From contig OX597821.1 in assembly GCA_951406725.2 (NCBI GenBank), forward strand, positions 1,364,001 through 1,428,000: 64,000 nt of DNA, read 5' to 3'. This document shows, in pieces, positions 25,430 through 39,207 of the stretch. The number at the start of each line of letters is the position of its first letter. Within the stretch, counting starts at the first letter, position 1. The position numbers and the translations under genes were made by a program. The notes beneath the pieces were generated by a model, which made no database searches, was not told the DNA's origin, and was given only the letters and a program-made list of their open reading frames with translations. Source of the stretch: Octopus vulgaris (taxonomy: Eukaryota).

Positions 25430-27560
25430 GAAAGTATAAAATGAAAAGGTGAAACATGCGTGTGTGAAAAGATCATATTCTTCCGCCCAAAATATTTTCC
25501 AGTTTCAAATGAACTTCAATCAGTTTAAATTGGTATATTCAAACACTGGTATGACAATGGTCTGAAAGAGATTGGTGATTGTTTGTGTAGAACGTCGAGT
25601 CTTTGGAAAAAGACGGAGTTAAATGAATCAGTTACGACAAGAAAGAATGAATAATCTACCATAGAAAGTTGGCGAACATTTTGTGACAGGTTACCCCATG
25701 ATGAGCATAAATTTGAATTATGTATCACGGAGAAAACCCAGACAAAGAATTCATTCAACTAATTCAATGGGACATTTCTGCATAAACAAATTGCTGTAGA
25801 GAAAGCCAACAAGACTAATATTTTATGCAATCTAACTGGCATTATTTTATTTTAGGATGAAAGATGTGGAGGCTAGCATTCTATAGTACATTTCGTTAGA
25901 TTTGCGATTTTCATAATGGTAACTTTCTTGTGAGAGTTGAATCTCTTTTTATTGGGATCTCGCTCTTGTAATCCAACTCGAGAAGATCAAGAAAGGTCAA
26001 GGAAACGATAAAAGGTCACAAGCACATAATTTAGCGGCAGAATCGCGAAATGAATTTATTACTCTTCGTATATCTTCGCAGAGACTAATTTTGAGATATA
26101 CAATCACTGAAAGATCAAAGTCGAAAATGCTATTATCCAATAATAATTGGCGCAATACTCGATTCTAAACATATCGAACAGACAACAATAATGATATATA
26201 ATTTTCAAATTATAGATTGTGAGAGACTTGTCTGTAGTGGAAACTTCTGAGAAAACGGAAAACAGACTCTGACATTAAAAATCTGATTAAGGAATTAGGA
26301 AGTAAAAACGCCATTTTCTTGGAAGCTTCCAAGAGTCAAAAATAGCAATGATGCTTTAAATGGCACTCCGTCGGTTACGATAACGAAACTTCCAGTTAAT
26401 CCGATCAACGGAACAGACAGCTCCTGAAATTAATGCTCACGTGTACCCTTAAGGTAGTTCTCAGGGAGATTCAGCATGAAGCAGAATAGGACAAGGCTGG
26501 CCATTTGAAGTTCAGGTACTATTCATTTTTGCCAGCTGAGTGGATTGGAGCAACGTGAAATAAAGTATCTTGCTCAAAGGGATAACACGTCATCAAGAAT
26601 CGAACTCCCGACCTTACGATCATGAGCCAAATACTATAACCGCTAAGTCACATGCCTTCACATCAAAGCTTCTAATACAGCGGTAAAATAGTGAACGTGT
26701 GCGGCACTCATTCAACAAAAAGCATGAAACAGTTATCTTTTTTTTTCATAATAACTGAAAGTGTCTACAATATCTTTTTTAACGTTGAAAGAATAAGAAA
26801 TTTCTCTGATACACACAGGCTGTCAATCATTGAGCCATTTACCAAATGCCCGGTGGCCTGGCCTGAAGCGATTGTGCGAAATAATTTGCATCAAATCGCA
26901 ATGATATGAATTTCGGCATGCGATTTCTTCTGAAACTTAATTTGATGTCTAAAAAAAGCCAGAAGTGTAGTAAGCGGTGCTCTTGAATGAATGCCCTCTT
27001 TCATACACATGTTTATTCCAGTTAACATTTTGTCACACTGTATTATGCAAGAGATGTCAATATTGATATTGCAGTGGGTAACACTGAAAAACGTCATTTA
27101 AAATCTGCATAAACTGTGAGTTCAGTTTGACATTGTGCTGACAGAATCTAAACAAGTCGCTAACAATATGCAAATTGAAATTAAACTGCAAGCAAACGAG
27201 AGAAACAGAATCAAAGTTTTTGATGTTAACTAGTCAGGTGATGAAAGCCAGGTAAATGATCCTGACACAAGCAGAATCGTTAATTCGGATATCTGCTTTT
27301 TATCTAATTGTTAAGACAACCATTGGTGGGTTAACAATGACAATTTTGAAGCTTCGAGGAAAATTTCTGCTAATTTTTTGTATTCCTCTGGCAATAACTG
27401 TCTATATCGGAATATCTTTTGACCTGAAAGTAGCTAACATTTGCAGAAATTTACAATAATGATGTAAATGGCAAACATCATTCAAAAGTATTAATCGCCA
27501 CGAAAATATAATACACCATTGGTACGTTCTAGAACTACGCTTTAAACGCATAGATTTACT
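25430..27560 (+). mobile_element. Highly degraded hAT (Tip100/ZMYM1-like) transposase
   Basis: Fragments IILFLG..LAF...NGNFL..VE, NEFI and YYPIIIGAILDSKHIEQTT resemble YYSIIxDxTPDxSHxEQ; interrupted by a SINE. Confidence 0.55.
26350..26660 (-). mobile_element. tRNA-derived SINE (family 3)
   Basis: Minus strand head GTGACTTAGCGG...GTTCGATTC; 3' part shared with 44020-44180. Confidence 0.75.
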
Positions 27561-27584
27561 GAGCGCAATATAAAAGAGCGTAAT

Positions 27585-27815
27585 GCGGTGAGCTGGCAGA
27601 ATCGTTAGTACGCCAAGTGAAATGTTTAGCAGTATTTCGTCTGTCGCTACGTTCTGAGTTCAAATTCCGCCGAGGTCGACTTTGCCTTTCATCCTTTCGG
27701 GGTCGATTAAATAAGTACCAGTTAGGCACTGGGGTCGATATAATCGACTTAATCCGTTTGTCTGTCCTTGTTTGTCCTCTCTGTGTTTAGCTCTCTGTGG
27801 GCAATAAAGAAATAA
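27585..27815 (+). mobile_element. tRNA-derived SINE with Meta-domain-like core (family 2)
   Basis: GAGCTGGCAGAA A box, GTTCAAATTCC B box, GCCTTTCATCCTTTCGGGGTCGAT..AAGTACCAG core. Copies near 7630, 7925, 20815, 23850, 41300, 46440, 61815. Confidence 0.8.
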
Positions 27816-27952
27816 ATATTGTACATTGTTTCTAACTTTTAGGCATAATTCTGGCTTCTTATGATGCATAAGACAACATTCGAAAACCGGTATTAAGGAA
27901 GGATACAAAAATATTATGTTTATAAGCCCTAATTCACTCTATAATTACTCAT

Positions 27953-28230
27953 GGTCATATAGCTTAATGGTTAACAGCTTGGGCTACTAATCCCAAGACT
28001 GCGGGTTCAATTCCAGGCAGTGTCTTGAAAATTAATAATAATAATATTAATAGTAACAACAATAATAATAACAACAACAACATCAGTAAAACCTACCTTA
28101 GGAAATAGAACCCAGGGTTGGGTTCAAAATTCTACCAGGGCACCTGCTGAAGGCTGGAGAGTAAATCAGTCGAAACGTTGTGGTAACAAGATGAGGACAT
28201 ATATCTGTCTAATCTAAGTAATGTAAATAC
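27953..28230 (+). mobile_element. tRNA-headed SINE-like element with 3' hammerhead remnant
   Basis: A box TAGCTTAATGG, B box GGTTCAATTCC; CAC-CTGCTGA-A-GGCTGG..TCAGTC-GAAA-CG-TT-GTG at 28141-28182. Confidence 0.6.
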
Positions 28231-29084
28231 TGCTCATTTAGTAAGCTTAACACTCTAGCATTGAAACCGGCCTTTTTATGTTCAAAGCGACCAGATCCGG
28301 CCTGTTACACCTATCCTACAATTTTATTCAAAAACGAACGATCACCGCATCAACATCGGAAAGGTTCAAGATAATGCATGATTGATTCAAAACTATTTAA
28401 GGAAGCTTTACACTTGATCGAAAAATCTAAATGCTAAAACGTTAACCTGTTCAATGAACAAACATGCTACAAGGTAATCAGATGGCGCTCATTCCATTCA
28501 GCATCATACCATAACTCACTTTTTGAATATATCATACAAAACTTTGCATAAACGCTTGTGAAAAACCCACTTCGTAATTCTACAAGCTTTGGTAATAGAT
28601 GAATAATTAATATTGCACAACTTTTATTTTCATTGAAAACAGACGACAATTCTATGAAAGTGTCTTGATGGATGTCCTAGCCGTTTTCTGTGCGCTGAAT
28701 CTACGAGATTCTTCAGAAGTTCCTTTTGAATTTAAATGGTATACACAATGCTTTGCTTTTATGTTATTCCTGTTCTTTTTTCTTTATGTATATATTTTGA
28801 AATACTGTCTTTGCTATTTTATAGTAAATATCTATTGTTATGTGTATGTATGTATGTATGTATGTATGTATGTATGTATGTATGTATGTATGTATGTATG
28901 TATGTATGTATGTATGTATGTATATGCACACATACATACACACAAACGCACGCACACACACACACATACGCACTCACAAACATTTTGATGATTGAAGTGG
29001 AATAAGGAAGCTGCTATAGGGGAAGGTCAATTAAAGCAAATTATACATGGGACATTTCATCAGCCGTGTAGACCAGAATCCACA

Positions 29085-30150
29085 AACGTAGGCTGATCAT
29101 TAAGTATCCGGACCGTTGCTATGCTAACAACAGTTTTTGAGGCCAATCTGTGCCAAGCGGTATCACTCTGCTTGCTTTACTTTCGTTACTATGGCATCAG
29201 TGTGTATACTTACTGACCAGACCTTGTATTTTCCATGCGTTCAAAGTCCACCAAGTTAAAAATCCATGATATACGCAGAGTAATGCCGCTTGTCACAGAT
29301 TGACCTTGCTTTCTGCTGTGCATGCGCACTAAGTTTTAACCGTCTAGCTCACTTCCGCTGTTTACATCAGTGTTACAAAGGTATATAGCATGTGATCGTT
29401 GCATTGACCATGACAGAGAAAGTTGAGCAGAAAATCTGCATCAAATCTTGCCAAAAGCTTGGCAGTGCCTGATCAGAGGCCTACGTAAAGTTTTCAAAAA
29501 ATTTTCATCATTCTCGACACAATCAAAGAGATCTTGTGCAACTGAAATCCGAGTGTCTTTCTGGTCAGCTCAAAACAGTTTTGGCACAAACTTGGCAGAC
29601 ACACGTCTCATACCCAAATCTTCATTGATAATGGACTGAACTGAACTGTAACTAATCTGCACATCCTCTGATAACTCACGGATGGCGACTTCACTTCATA
29701 GCTGCACGCACATCTGCTGTGTGTTTCTCAGTTCTGTTGGTTGCGGGTCTCCCACATCGTTCGTCACCATCGACATTTTTTCAGCCATCTTGGAAACGTC
29801 TGAACCAATCGTACACTTGTGTGCAGCTCATACACTCCTCTCCATACTCTTTCTATAATTTTAAGTAGGCCTCTGAGCAGGTAACGCCATGACAACTTTC
29901 CCTGTCATGGTCAATGTGGCGATCACGCTCTACACACTTTCCTTCTAAGCACTACTGTAAACAGCGGAAGTGAGCTAGAAGGTCAAATCTTAGAGCACCT
30001 GCACAGCAGTTTTTGAGGCCAATCTGTGCCAAGCAGTATCACTCTGCTTGCTTCATCTTTGTTACTATGGCAACAGTGCGGATACTTACTGATCAGATTT
30101 TGTAATTTCCACGCGTTCAAAGTCCACAGAGTTTAAATTCCATGATACAT
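29085..30150. mobile_element. Rearranged mariner element remnants
   Basis: Minus strand YGEECMSCTQVYDWFRRFQDG..DERCGRP and MRRVSAKFVPKL; plus strand MTEKVEQKICIKSCQKLG at 29410; TIR-like ends at 29085, 29228, 30104. Confidence 0.8.
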
Positions 30151-30760
30151 ACCAACGTACATACACACACACACACACACGCCCAGAAACGGACATACAC
30201 ACACACTTACTCACACGCGGGCGCGCATAGAAATACACGCGGACATAAACTTTTCATATACCTTATAGAAAACCGTCATTGTAAAATAAAAGGGAGGAAA
30301 TTCTCTGCTCTCCAAGTTGAGCAATATAACTAGTATCCTTATGAACTTTCCAGGCATAACTTGATCAACTCAGCAGGGCAGTCCGGTCTGCTGGCATTAT
30401 AAACGTCAAAACATCAGACTAGCTATCCTGGTATCACTGAGCGGTGGTAATCAAGAAGGCATTTGGTTCCGTGCGGATAATGAATGCAGCGGGAAGGTGA
30501 GAAGCGTGAAGGACAAAAGAAGCTTGCATTAAAAACCCAAACGAACTCAACTGATCCTCCTTGTTCACCGCTTTATATTAATTCCGAACCAACTTTTGAA
30601 TCTCATTGTAAAGATGAAATCAGATGATGTTTTTTTATCAGGATTAATAATCTTATCACTATACGTTCATTTATTACAATCACCTGATAATATATATTTT
30701 TACGATATTAATTAATATAACTATAATTAAAATGTTTATATTTATGTGTGTGTGCGCGCG

Positions 30761-30796
<36 letters not shown>

Positions 30797-30807
30797 CATA
30801 TATACCT

Positions 30808-30839
<32 letters not shown>

Positions 30840-31084
30840 CTGTGCATGTATGTGTGTGCGTTTGTGTATATATGTATGTAGATAGGTATACATGTATATA
30901 TGTACGTATTTCTTTTAAATTAGACTGTGCATAGATGGCAAGCGTATCGAAGGCAAACAACGCGACTTTAACTACACAACTGTAGAAACACCGACAAGAA
31001 CAATTAATTAAAATATCGGGATGCGTCTTTCTGGACACCAATCCGTCATCATCATCATCATCATCATCATCTTCATAATTAAGT

Positions 31085-32024
31085 TTCAGTGCTTGGGCCG
31101 TTATTGTTTTTAGTCTTCATAAATGACTTGCCCGACGACCTCACGCAACACACCCTTCTATTTGCCGATGATTTCAAACTGGTCGCTCCTCGCAGTGATA
31201 TAGATGATTTTCGTCGATGCCTCCACCAAGTTTGGAGATGGTCTAACGAATGGGACCTGTGTCTGAACATGTCAAAGTGCTGTCATCTGCCTGTTGGCTC
31301 CTCTCCTGCAACTCAACTTGATTTCGAGCCGGGTCGTCTGCTACTGAAGAGGACCGACCAGGTAAAGGACCTGGGTATCTTGGTGGATTCTTCCTTTTCG
31401 CCTTCGGCCCAATGCGTCCATGCTGCCAACAAAGCACGCGGATTTCTGTTTTTGATTCGACGGTCATTCGGAATGCTCACAGCAGCCATATTCCTACCGC
31501 TCTATATCACGCTGGTGAGACCCATATTGGAGTACGGGATTCAAGCCTCTTCTCCTTATTTCCTCAAAGACATACATCATCTCAAAAGAGTCCAGAAGCT
31601 GGCTACCCGCATGGTTCTTGGCCTCAAGCATTTGTCTTATGAAGAAAGGCTGAAGACACTCGACCTTTATTCTCTAGAAAAACGATGACGCCGTGGTGAT
31701 CTCATTCTTGCTCACAACATCATAAGCGGAAAGTGTAACCTCTCGAAAGAGCTGTTCTTCACTCCTGCTCCAGAGCGTCGGCTGCGGGGTCACTCCAAAA
31801 AGTTCTGTCTGTGACGATTTCCTCTCAATCTCCGTCCGGGTTGCGGATCCGTAGAATAAGCTGCCGGACAAGATAGGGAAGATGCCGACGACCGCTCGGT
31901 TCAAAGACTCTCTTGACCAGAAATGGCCTGAACTCTTTGCATGAACACCCTCCCTGTACATAACTCCATGTCCCCCTACATGGCCTTGCTTTTGCTTTTT
32001 GAGCTAAAAATTAACTTAACTTAA
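31085..32024 (+). mobile_element. CR1/L2-group LINE 3' fragment (RT C-terminal part)
   Basis: LGPLLFLVFINDLP, FADD, KDLGI, LVRPILEY; TTAAC tandem tail; sits in a (CAT)n tract. Confidence 0.9.
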
Positions 32025-32029
32025 AATTA

Positions 32030-32500
32030 TCACCATCACCATCATCATCGTCGTCTTCGTCATCGTCACCATCATCATCGTCATCATCATCATCATCGTC
32101 GTCATCATCATCGTCATCATCATCGTCATCATCATCGTCATCGTCATCGCCATCATCTTGCCCTGCTTCGCCTCCTTCATTTCCTGTTGTTACTCCTCTT
32201 CCTCCCCTTCCTCTTCCTGGCAGTTCTTCGAACATCGTCACTACCGATCAACACATTTTCTTCCACCGTCGCCACTGCAACTACTACTACCACCACCACC
32301 ACCACTACCACTACTACCTCCGCCTCCACCATCGCCACCTCAACCGCAGCCGCTGCCGCGACCACGCCATCCATCGCCACCGCCGTCACTACCATTACCA
32401 CGACCACGACCACCACGACCACCACCACCGCCACCACCACCACCACCGCCACCACCACCACCATCGCCACCACCACGACCACCGCCACCACCACAGCCAC
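32030..32500. repeat. CAT/CAC trinucleotide low-complexity block
   Basis: Direct inspection. Confidence 0.9.
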
Positions 32501-32776
32501 TATCATTGATTACAAGGGGAACTCCTGTTATTTGCAACAGCTGCTACAAAATCGCCCGATGCAATATTGGTAATTCTTTCCAACACTTCCCAACTCCAAC
32601 TGCCCCATGCATCTATGTCTCCACAGCGCACGCTATATACCCAGGCAAAATACACACACACACACACGTACGAAAACACGTATGCAAACACAGACGCGCT
32701 CAAGCACACACATATATGGACACTAAGATCCATACATGTGTGTGTGTGTGTATATACATACATATATAATATATAT

Positions 32777-32831
<55 letters not shown>

Positions 32832-33083
32832 TATACACACACATATATATATACATATGTATTTATATATACACACATACATACGTATATACGTATATAT
32901 ATATATACATACATACATATATACATATATATATATGTGTGTGTGTGTCTGTGTATAATATATATACATGTATAATATATAATATATGTATATATATATA
33001 TATATATATACTATATATACGTGTATGTATTTAATTATATACGTGTATATATACATACACACACACACACATATATAAATACA

Positions 33084-33170
<87 letters not shown>

Positions 33171-33378
33171 GCAGTTATACACACGACATAAGTAAATATA
33201 TATATGCATCCACGCTCGCACACACGCACATACACACAGAAATAACGGTAATGTGAAACTCTGAGTAAGTTTGTGAAGACATTTTCGGCTGTAATAAAAA
33301 GCTAGTGACTCTACTTTTGGTATTCGAGTACTATTTTTTGCACCTAGTTTTACATTTGTTCCAGCATATGTGTATGTG

Positions 33379-33455
<77 letters not shown>

Positions 33456-34009
33456 AGATAGATAGATAGATAAATGCATAGGGACATACATGAATCCATC
33501 TACACGTATGTACACTCAGACATGTTTCTTTTACTAAGTCAAAACATTCGCACAAAGCCATTAATCAGAAATATATACAGGGACACCGACAAATATGCAT
33601 GAAAATAGACACATACATGCACAAAAACAGGCACGTACACACAGAGACTTACCCCAGCAACACGACAGTCACACAAACAAATACACACACACACACACAC
33701 ACACACATACATACATCCATAAACACGTGCACATGAGGATATATTCATATATATACACGGATGTGTTGGACATGATTCTGTGTTAATCGTGGCGGTGTAA
33801 CATACGAGGTGAAGAGAGCGGAGAGACGATGAGGAAAAAGGAGATGAAGGAGAACGAAGGGTGATTAGAATAATGAAGAGGAAGTTGATGGAATGAGGAA
33901 GGAGTAGGGTTTGGGTTAAGGGGGTTGAGTTGGGAAAATAATTGGACAAGTTAAAAGGGAGTAAGAAACAGACAAAGGAAGCGATGTGGCCGCTCTTTAG
34001 GATATCGAT

Positions 34010-34269
34010 GAAGATGACGATGATGATGATGGTGATGATGATGACGACAGTGATTGTGACGATGAAGATGGTGAGGATGATGATGTTGGTGATGATGGTG
34101 ATTAAGATGATGATGACGACGATGGTAATGATGATGACGATGATGGTGATGATGGTGATTGAGATGACTATGATTATGACGATGATGATGATGATGATGT
34201 TGACGATGATGGTGGTGTTGGCGGTGGTTGTGGTGATATCGAGGCTCATAATGACGACGATAAGGAGGC

Positions 34270-34320
<51 letters not shown>

Positions 34321-34440
34321 CTGACGATGTTGATGATGATGATGATGATCGTGACTCCGGTGTTGCTCTTGCTCTTGGCGTTGCTGCTACTGCTGCTACT
34401 GCTACTGCTGCTGATGTTGCTCCTGTTGCTGCTGCTGATA

Positions 34441-34483
<43 letters not shown>

Positions 34484-34498
34484 CGGCGACGACGACGA

Positions 34499-34532
<34 letters not shown>

Positions 34533-34808
34533 GATGATGATGAGGATGAGGATGATGACGATGATGACGATGATGATGATGATGATGATGACGATGACGG
34601 TGAGATGCTGCTGCTTCTGACATTGATGATGATGACTGTGACATGGCGATGAAGAAAATGATGACGATGACTGTTATTATTATTATTATTATGATGATGA
34701 TGATGATGATGATGATGATCGGGATGATATTAACAATGAGGATGTGATGACGAAGGCGTTGGCGGTGATGCTAATAGTGACGATGATGATGATGATAATG
34801 GTTGAGAA

Positions 34809-34874
<66 letters not shown>

Positions 34875-34906
34875 AACAACAACTACAACTACTGCTGCTG
34901 CTGCTG

Positions 34907-34976
<70 letters not shown>

Positions 34977-35113
34977 GTCATCGCCGTCTTCATTATTAGC
35001 ATGACGTCGATGAGGACGAAGATGACGTCGACGAAGATAATGCTGTAAATAATGATGATGATGATAACGCTGTTGCTGCTACTGCTGTTACTACTGTTGT
35101 TGTTGTTGATGAC

Positions 35114-35144
<31 letters not shown>

Positions 35145-35460
35145 TCGACGGCGACGTCGATGGCGATGATGATGGTGCGGTGAGTTTGACAGCGGTAATG
35201 AGGGTGACGGGAATGTTACTGATAATTATGATGAATCGGCGGGGAGGAGGAGGAGGTGCGAGGAGTGTAGCCGAAGTAGGAGGAGGTGGATCACCAGCAT
35301 CTCTACAACAAAAATGATAGCAACAACAGCAGCAGCAGCAACAGCAGTAACAACAACAACAACAACAACAACTACGACAGCAAAATCTTCTCCAGTTACT
35401 ACCAGCATCACCACCAACACCATAAACACAACAACCACAACAACTATAACGACAGCAACA
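34010..35460. repeat. Compound GAT/CTA/CAT/CAA microsatellite block
   Basis: Direct inspection. Confidence 0.9.
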
Positions 35461-35473
35461 GCACACACACACA

Positions 35474-35520
<47 letters not shown>

Positions 35521-35722
35521 ACACACAAACCAAAACTAAACACAAGACCAAAAACAAAACACAACTATAGAAAGGTCAGACATGATGTTGAAACGAAATG
35601 GAAGATTTCGTGATTATCTGCAAAAGATCAGTAGTTACTTATTGATTAGTTCGGCGTATATATGTATGAGTGTATATATGTATGTATACGCGTGTGTTTG
35701 TGTGTGTCGATGTAGGTATGTA

Positions 35723-35781
<59 letters not shown>

Positions 35782-35976
35782 GTATATAGACATATATGTA
35801 TGTATATACATATACACATACATATATACATATATTTATATCTATATATACATATATACACACACATATATATATATGAATAAATCAATCTTACACACAG
35901 GCATTTATGTAGATAGTATCACTGTATACATGTATGCATCATATATATATTCTATCATGTCTATGTGCATGTATAT

Positions 35977-36032
<56 letters not shown>

Positions 36033-36672
36033 CATATATATATATATACACATTATAGCTATATATGTATATATATATACATTATATCTATATTTATGTA
36101 TATCTATATATGGATGTATATATACATACATACATATAGATATACTTACCTATATATATAATATATATATTTGTTGTGCAAGATTTTTTATGTGAAGTCG
36201 TGTGTTGAAACAGATATTGTTATATTTCGGAATGGTCATTTTGCCAGTTTAGCCAATAAAAACACACGCACTATATATTTGGTGTTATTTATATTTTACA
36301 TTAATCTTTATCTTATTTCGGCCAGAGTTCTTTCGTCACACTCCTGTGACTGCATTAGTGGTCCTTTGTTTTCTTCTTTCTTATTTGTGTCTCTCCTTAC
36401 TAACCGTCAGCCATTTTGTATTTCTATTGTATGTCTTCATTTGCGCATGCTTATATCTCTACGTGCGTCTATGTTTAGTTAGTGTGGGTGCGGGTGTGGG
36501 GTGCCTGTAATATTTGTATCTTCTGTTTATATACGTTCGTATAATTTGTTTTTGTTGTTGTTGTTTTTTATTCTTATTTTGTTCACGTGTTTACAACCAC
36601 TTATTATTATTTTCATTACGTATGCTTGTACGTATGTATGTATGTATGTATGTATGTATAACAACAATACTA

Positions 36673-36744
<72 letters not shown>

Positions 36745-36873
36745 AAAAACTTTTAAATTAAAAAAACAACTTATATAGTTATATATTTCTATTTGTTTAT
36801 TAATCTGTGTATTTTATATATTATGTTTTCGGTTTTGTTTATATTGTAAACAGTTTATGGGGATCCTCTACCG

Positions 36874-37199
36874 TCATATGTTGTGGTGTGTGCAAGTGTT
36901 CCATTCCAGTTTCCTATTCAGGCTAGGTTTATCTTCTATTATGTGTGTATCTTCTGTAATTTGTCTGATTGTTGCATCTGTTCTATGTGTGGACAAGATT
37001 TTAACTTCTATGTTGTTGATTGATCCCCCGTGTTCCTGTTCGGCGTGTTGGTAGAGAATCGATGTGCTTTTACCTTAAGTTCTCTCCAATGTCCATTTAC
37101 CCGCTCTCCTATGCTTCGTGCCGTTTCTCCTACGTATGTCGTTGTCTTTTTACTGCATCGTCCCTCTATACATCTTATACTATAGACTACATTTCTGGC
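36874..37199 (-). pseudogene. Penelope-type GIY-YIG endonuclease fragment (frameshifted)
   Basis: ARNVVYSIRCIEGRCSKKTTTYVGETARSIGERVNGH, then SILYQHAEQEH...RQITE...KPSLNRKLEW. Confidence 0.85.
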
Positions 37200-37281
37200 T
37201 TATATATATAAGATATACATTAGAAATACAAAATGGCTGACGGTTAGTAAGGAGAGACAAATTAGAAAGTAGAAAACAAAA

Positions 37282-37325
37282 GACCACTGATGCGGTCACA
37301 GGAGTGTGACGAAAGAACTCTGGCC
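37282..37325 (+). ncRNA. Variant minimal hammerhead in PLE pLTR
   Basis: GACCA-CTGATGCG-GTCACA(GGAG)TGTGAC-GAAA-GAAC-TC-TGGCC; mirrored at 36320-36363 (-). Confidence 0.6.
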
Positions 37326-37511
37326 GAAATAAGATTAAGATTAATGTAAAATATAAATAACACCAAATATATAGTGCGTGTGTTTTTATTGGCTAAACTG
37401 GCAAAATAACCATTCCGAAATATAACAATATATAATATATATATATATATATAGATATAATGTGTGTGTATATATATATATATATGTGTTTATATATATA
37501 TATATATATAC

Positions 37512-37560
<49 letters not shown>

Positions 37561-37661
37561 TATATGCGTGTGTGTTGAGTCTGTGTGTCGATATTCGTGT
37601 GTCTCTATGTATGTATGCATATATATTATATTCATTACACATACACACACACATGCACACG

Positions 37662-37697
<36 letters not shown>

Positions 37698-37920
37698 CAT
37701 ATGTATAAATATATACATATATACGTATACACACAGAGATTTAGATATTCGATATATCGTGTGTGTGTGTGTGTTTATATATATATATGCATATATATAC
37801 AAATGTGTGTATACACATACATATGTATGCATATATTCGTGTATATATATATGTATAAATATATATATAATATATTATATATAATACTACATATATGTGT
37901 ATATATGTACATGTATATAT

Positions 37921-37966
<46 letters not shown>

Positions 37967-37991
37967 TAATGCAATATTGTGCCATATATAT

Positions 37992-38053
<62 letters not shown>

Positions 38054-38703
38054 GTGTGTATATATATATATGTATGTATATTGTACTCTGGCCATCATTA
38101 ACTTACAATGAAATAAACGATGATAAACATATTTACCCGTTATCCACATTAATCGCCGCACACAAAGACAGATCGTTGTCCGAATGAAACCTGTTTACAT
38201 AACTCGTGGCCTACGTCAAGTAAGATTTCATGTTCTGCGTTACACACAATGTCTCAGTTTTGTGAGTCTCGAATAACAAAGCTTGCGGGAAAATTCTCGA
38301 CATCAAAGCTTTCTACAACCACGAATACAAAATTCGGTCCTAGAACATGAGCAATATTAGTAAATAATCAGAACATACACCAAGAAAATATTCCTATTCC
38401 GTCTACGAAAAGCACTGAAAATATCTAATTGGGTTTCCAGCAGTAGTTCAGAATCCGTTTTTTGTTATCATTGTATTCCGATGGGCCCTCAAAGCCATGT
38501 CATGCTTTTAAAAAATCCTATTAAACTTTTATGATTAGGTGCAGGCATGGCTCTATAAGACGCTTCGTTCCCAGCCACATTCAGTCCCATTGCCTGGTAC
38601 ATTGGGCAATGGACTTCTACTGTAGCCTCGGGCCGACCAAAGCCTTGTGGGTGGATTTGATAGACGAAAACTGAAAGAAGCTTATCTTATAATACATACA
38701 TGC

Positions 38704-38754
<51 letters not shown>

Positions 38755-38868
38755 CGTGATCACCGTGACCGACCAGGCTATCAGATGTTGCTAGACATCG
38801 TTGGTCACAATATGCTTCGCATTGTTTTAGCCTTCATATGACGCTATCTCGCTGGCTAAGCGAGCAAG

Positions 38869-38922
<54 letters not shown>

Positions 38923-38933
38923 GTATATGTATG

Positions 38934-38988
<55 letters not shown>

Positions 38989-39079
38989 TGCTAAATTAAT
39001 ATTAATTTTAATATCAATTTAAAACCTGTAGTCTAGCATACAAAAAATCTGAGAAATCAGAGAAAATTCTAATATATGT

Positions 39080-39198
39080 GTATATTGGCAGGGCAAGACT
39101 GCTAGGAAGTCGGCCGTATAGAAATAGATCATCAACGATCAAACTACAAAGAAATAGCATACGGCCGACTTCCTAGCAGTCTTGCCCTGCCAATATAC
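39080..39198. repeat. Perfect 40-bp inverted repeat
   Basis: Arms 39080-39119 and 39159-39198. Confidence 0.9.
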
Positions 39199-39207
39199 CT
39201 ATATATA

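Larger units (their letters stand above)
36214..37431 (-). mobile_element. 5'-truncated Penelope-like element with inverted pseudo-LTRs
   Basis: Inverted arms 36214-36426 and 37221-37431, each with a hammerhead-like motif, enclosing a GIY-YIG remnant. Confidence 0.85.

Noticed and set aside
27953-28025. Functional tRNA gene (also 43818, 58731)
   Set aside because: Poor acceptor stem, no Pol III terminator, continues into repeat body; treated as SINE heads.
32158-32769. Proline-rich extensin/formin-like ORF
   Set aside because: CCA-repeat artefact continuing into CA/TA tracts.
38751-38872. TA-flanked insert as another ribozyme element
   Set aside because: No hammerhead core; more likely a SINE/LINE 3' tail fragment on the minus strand.
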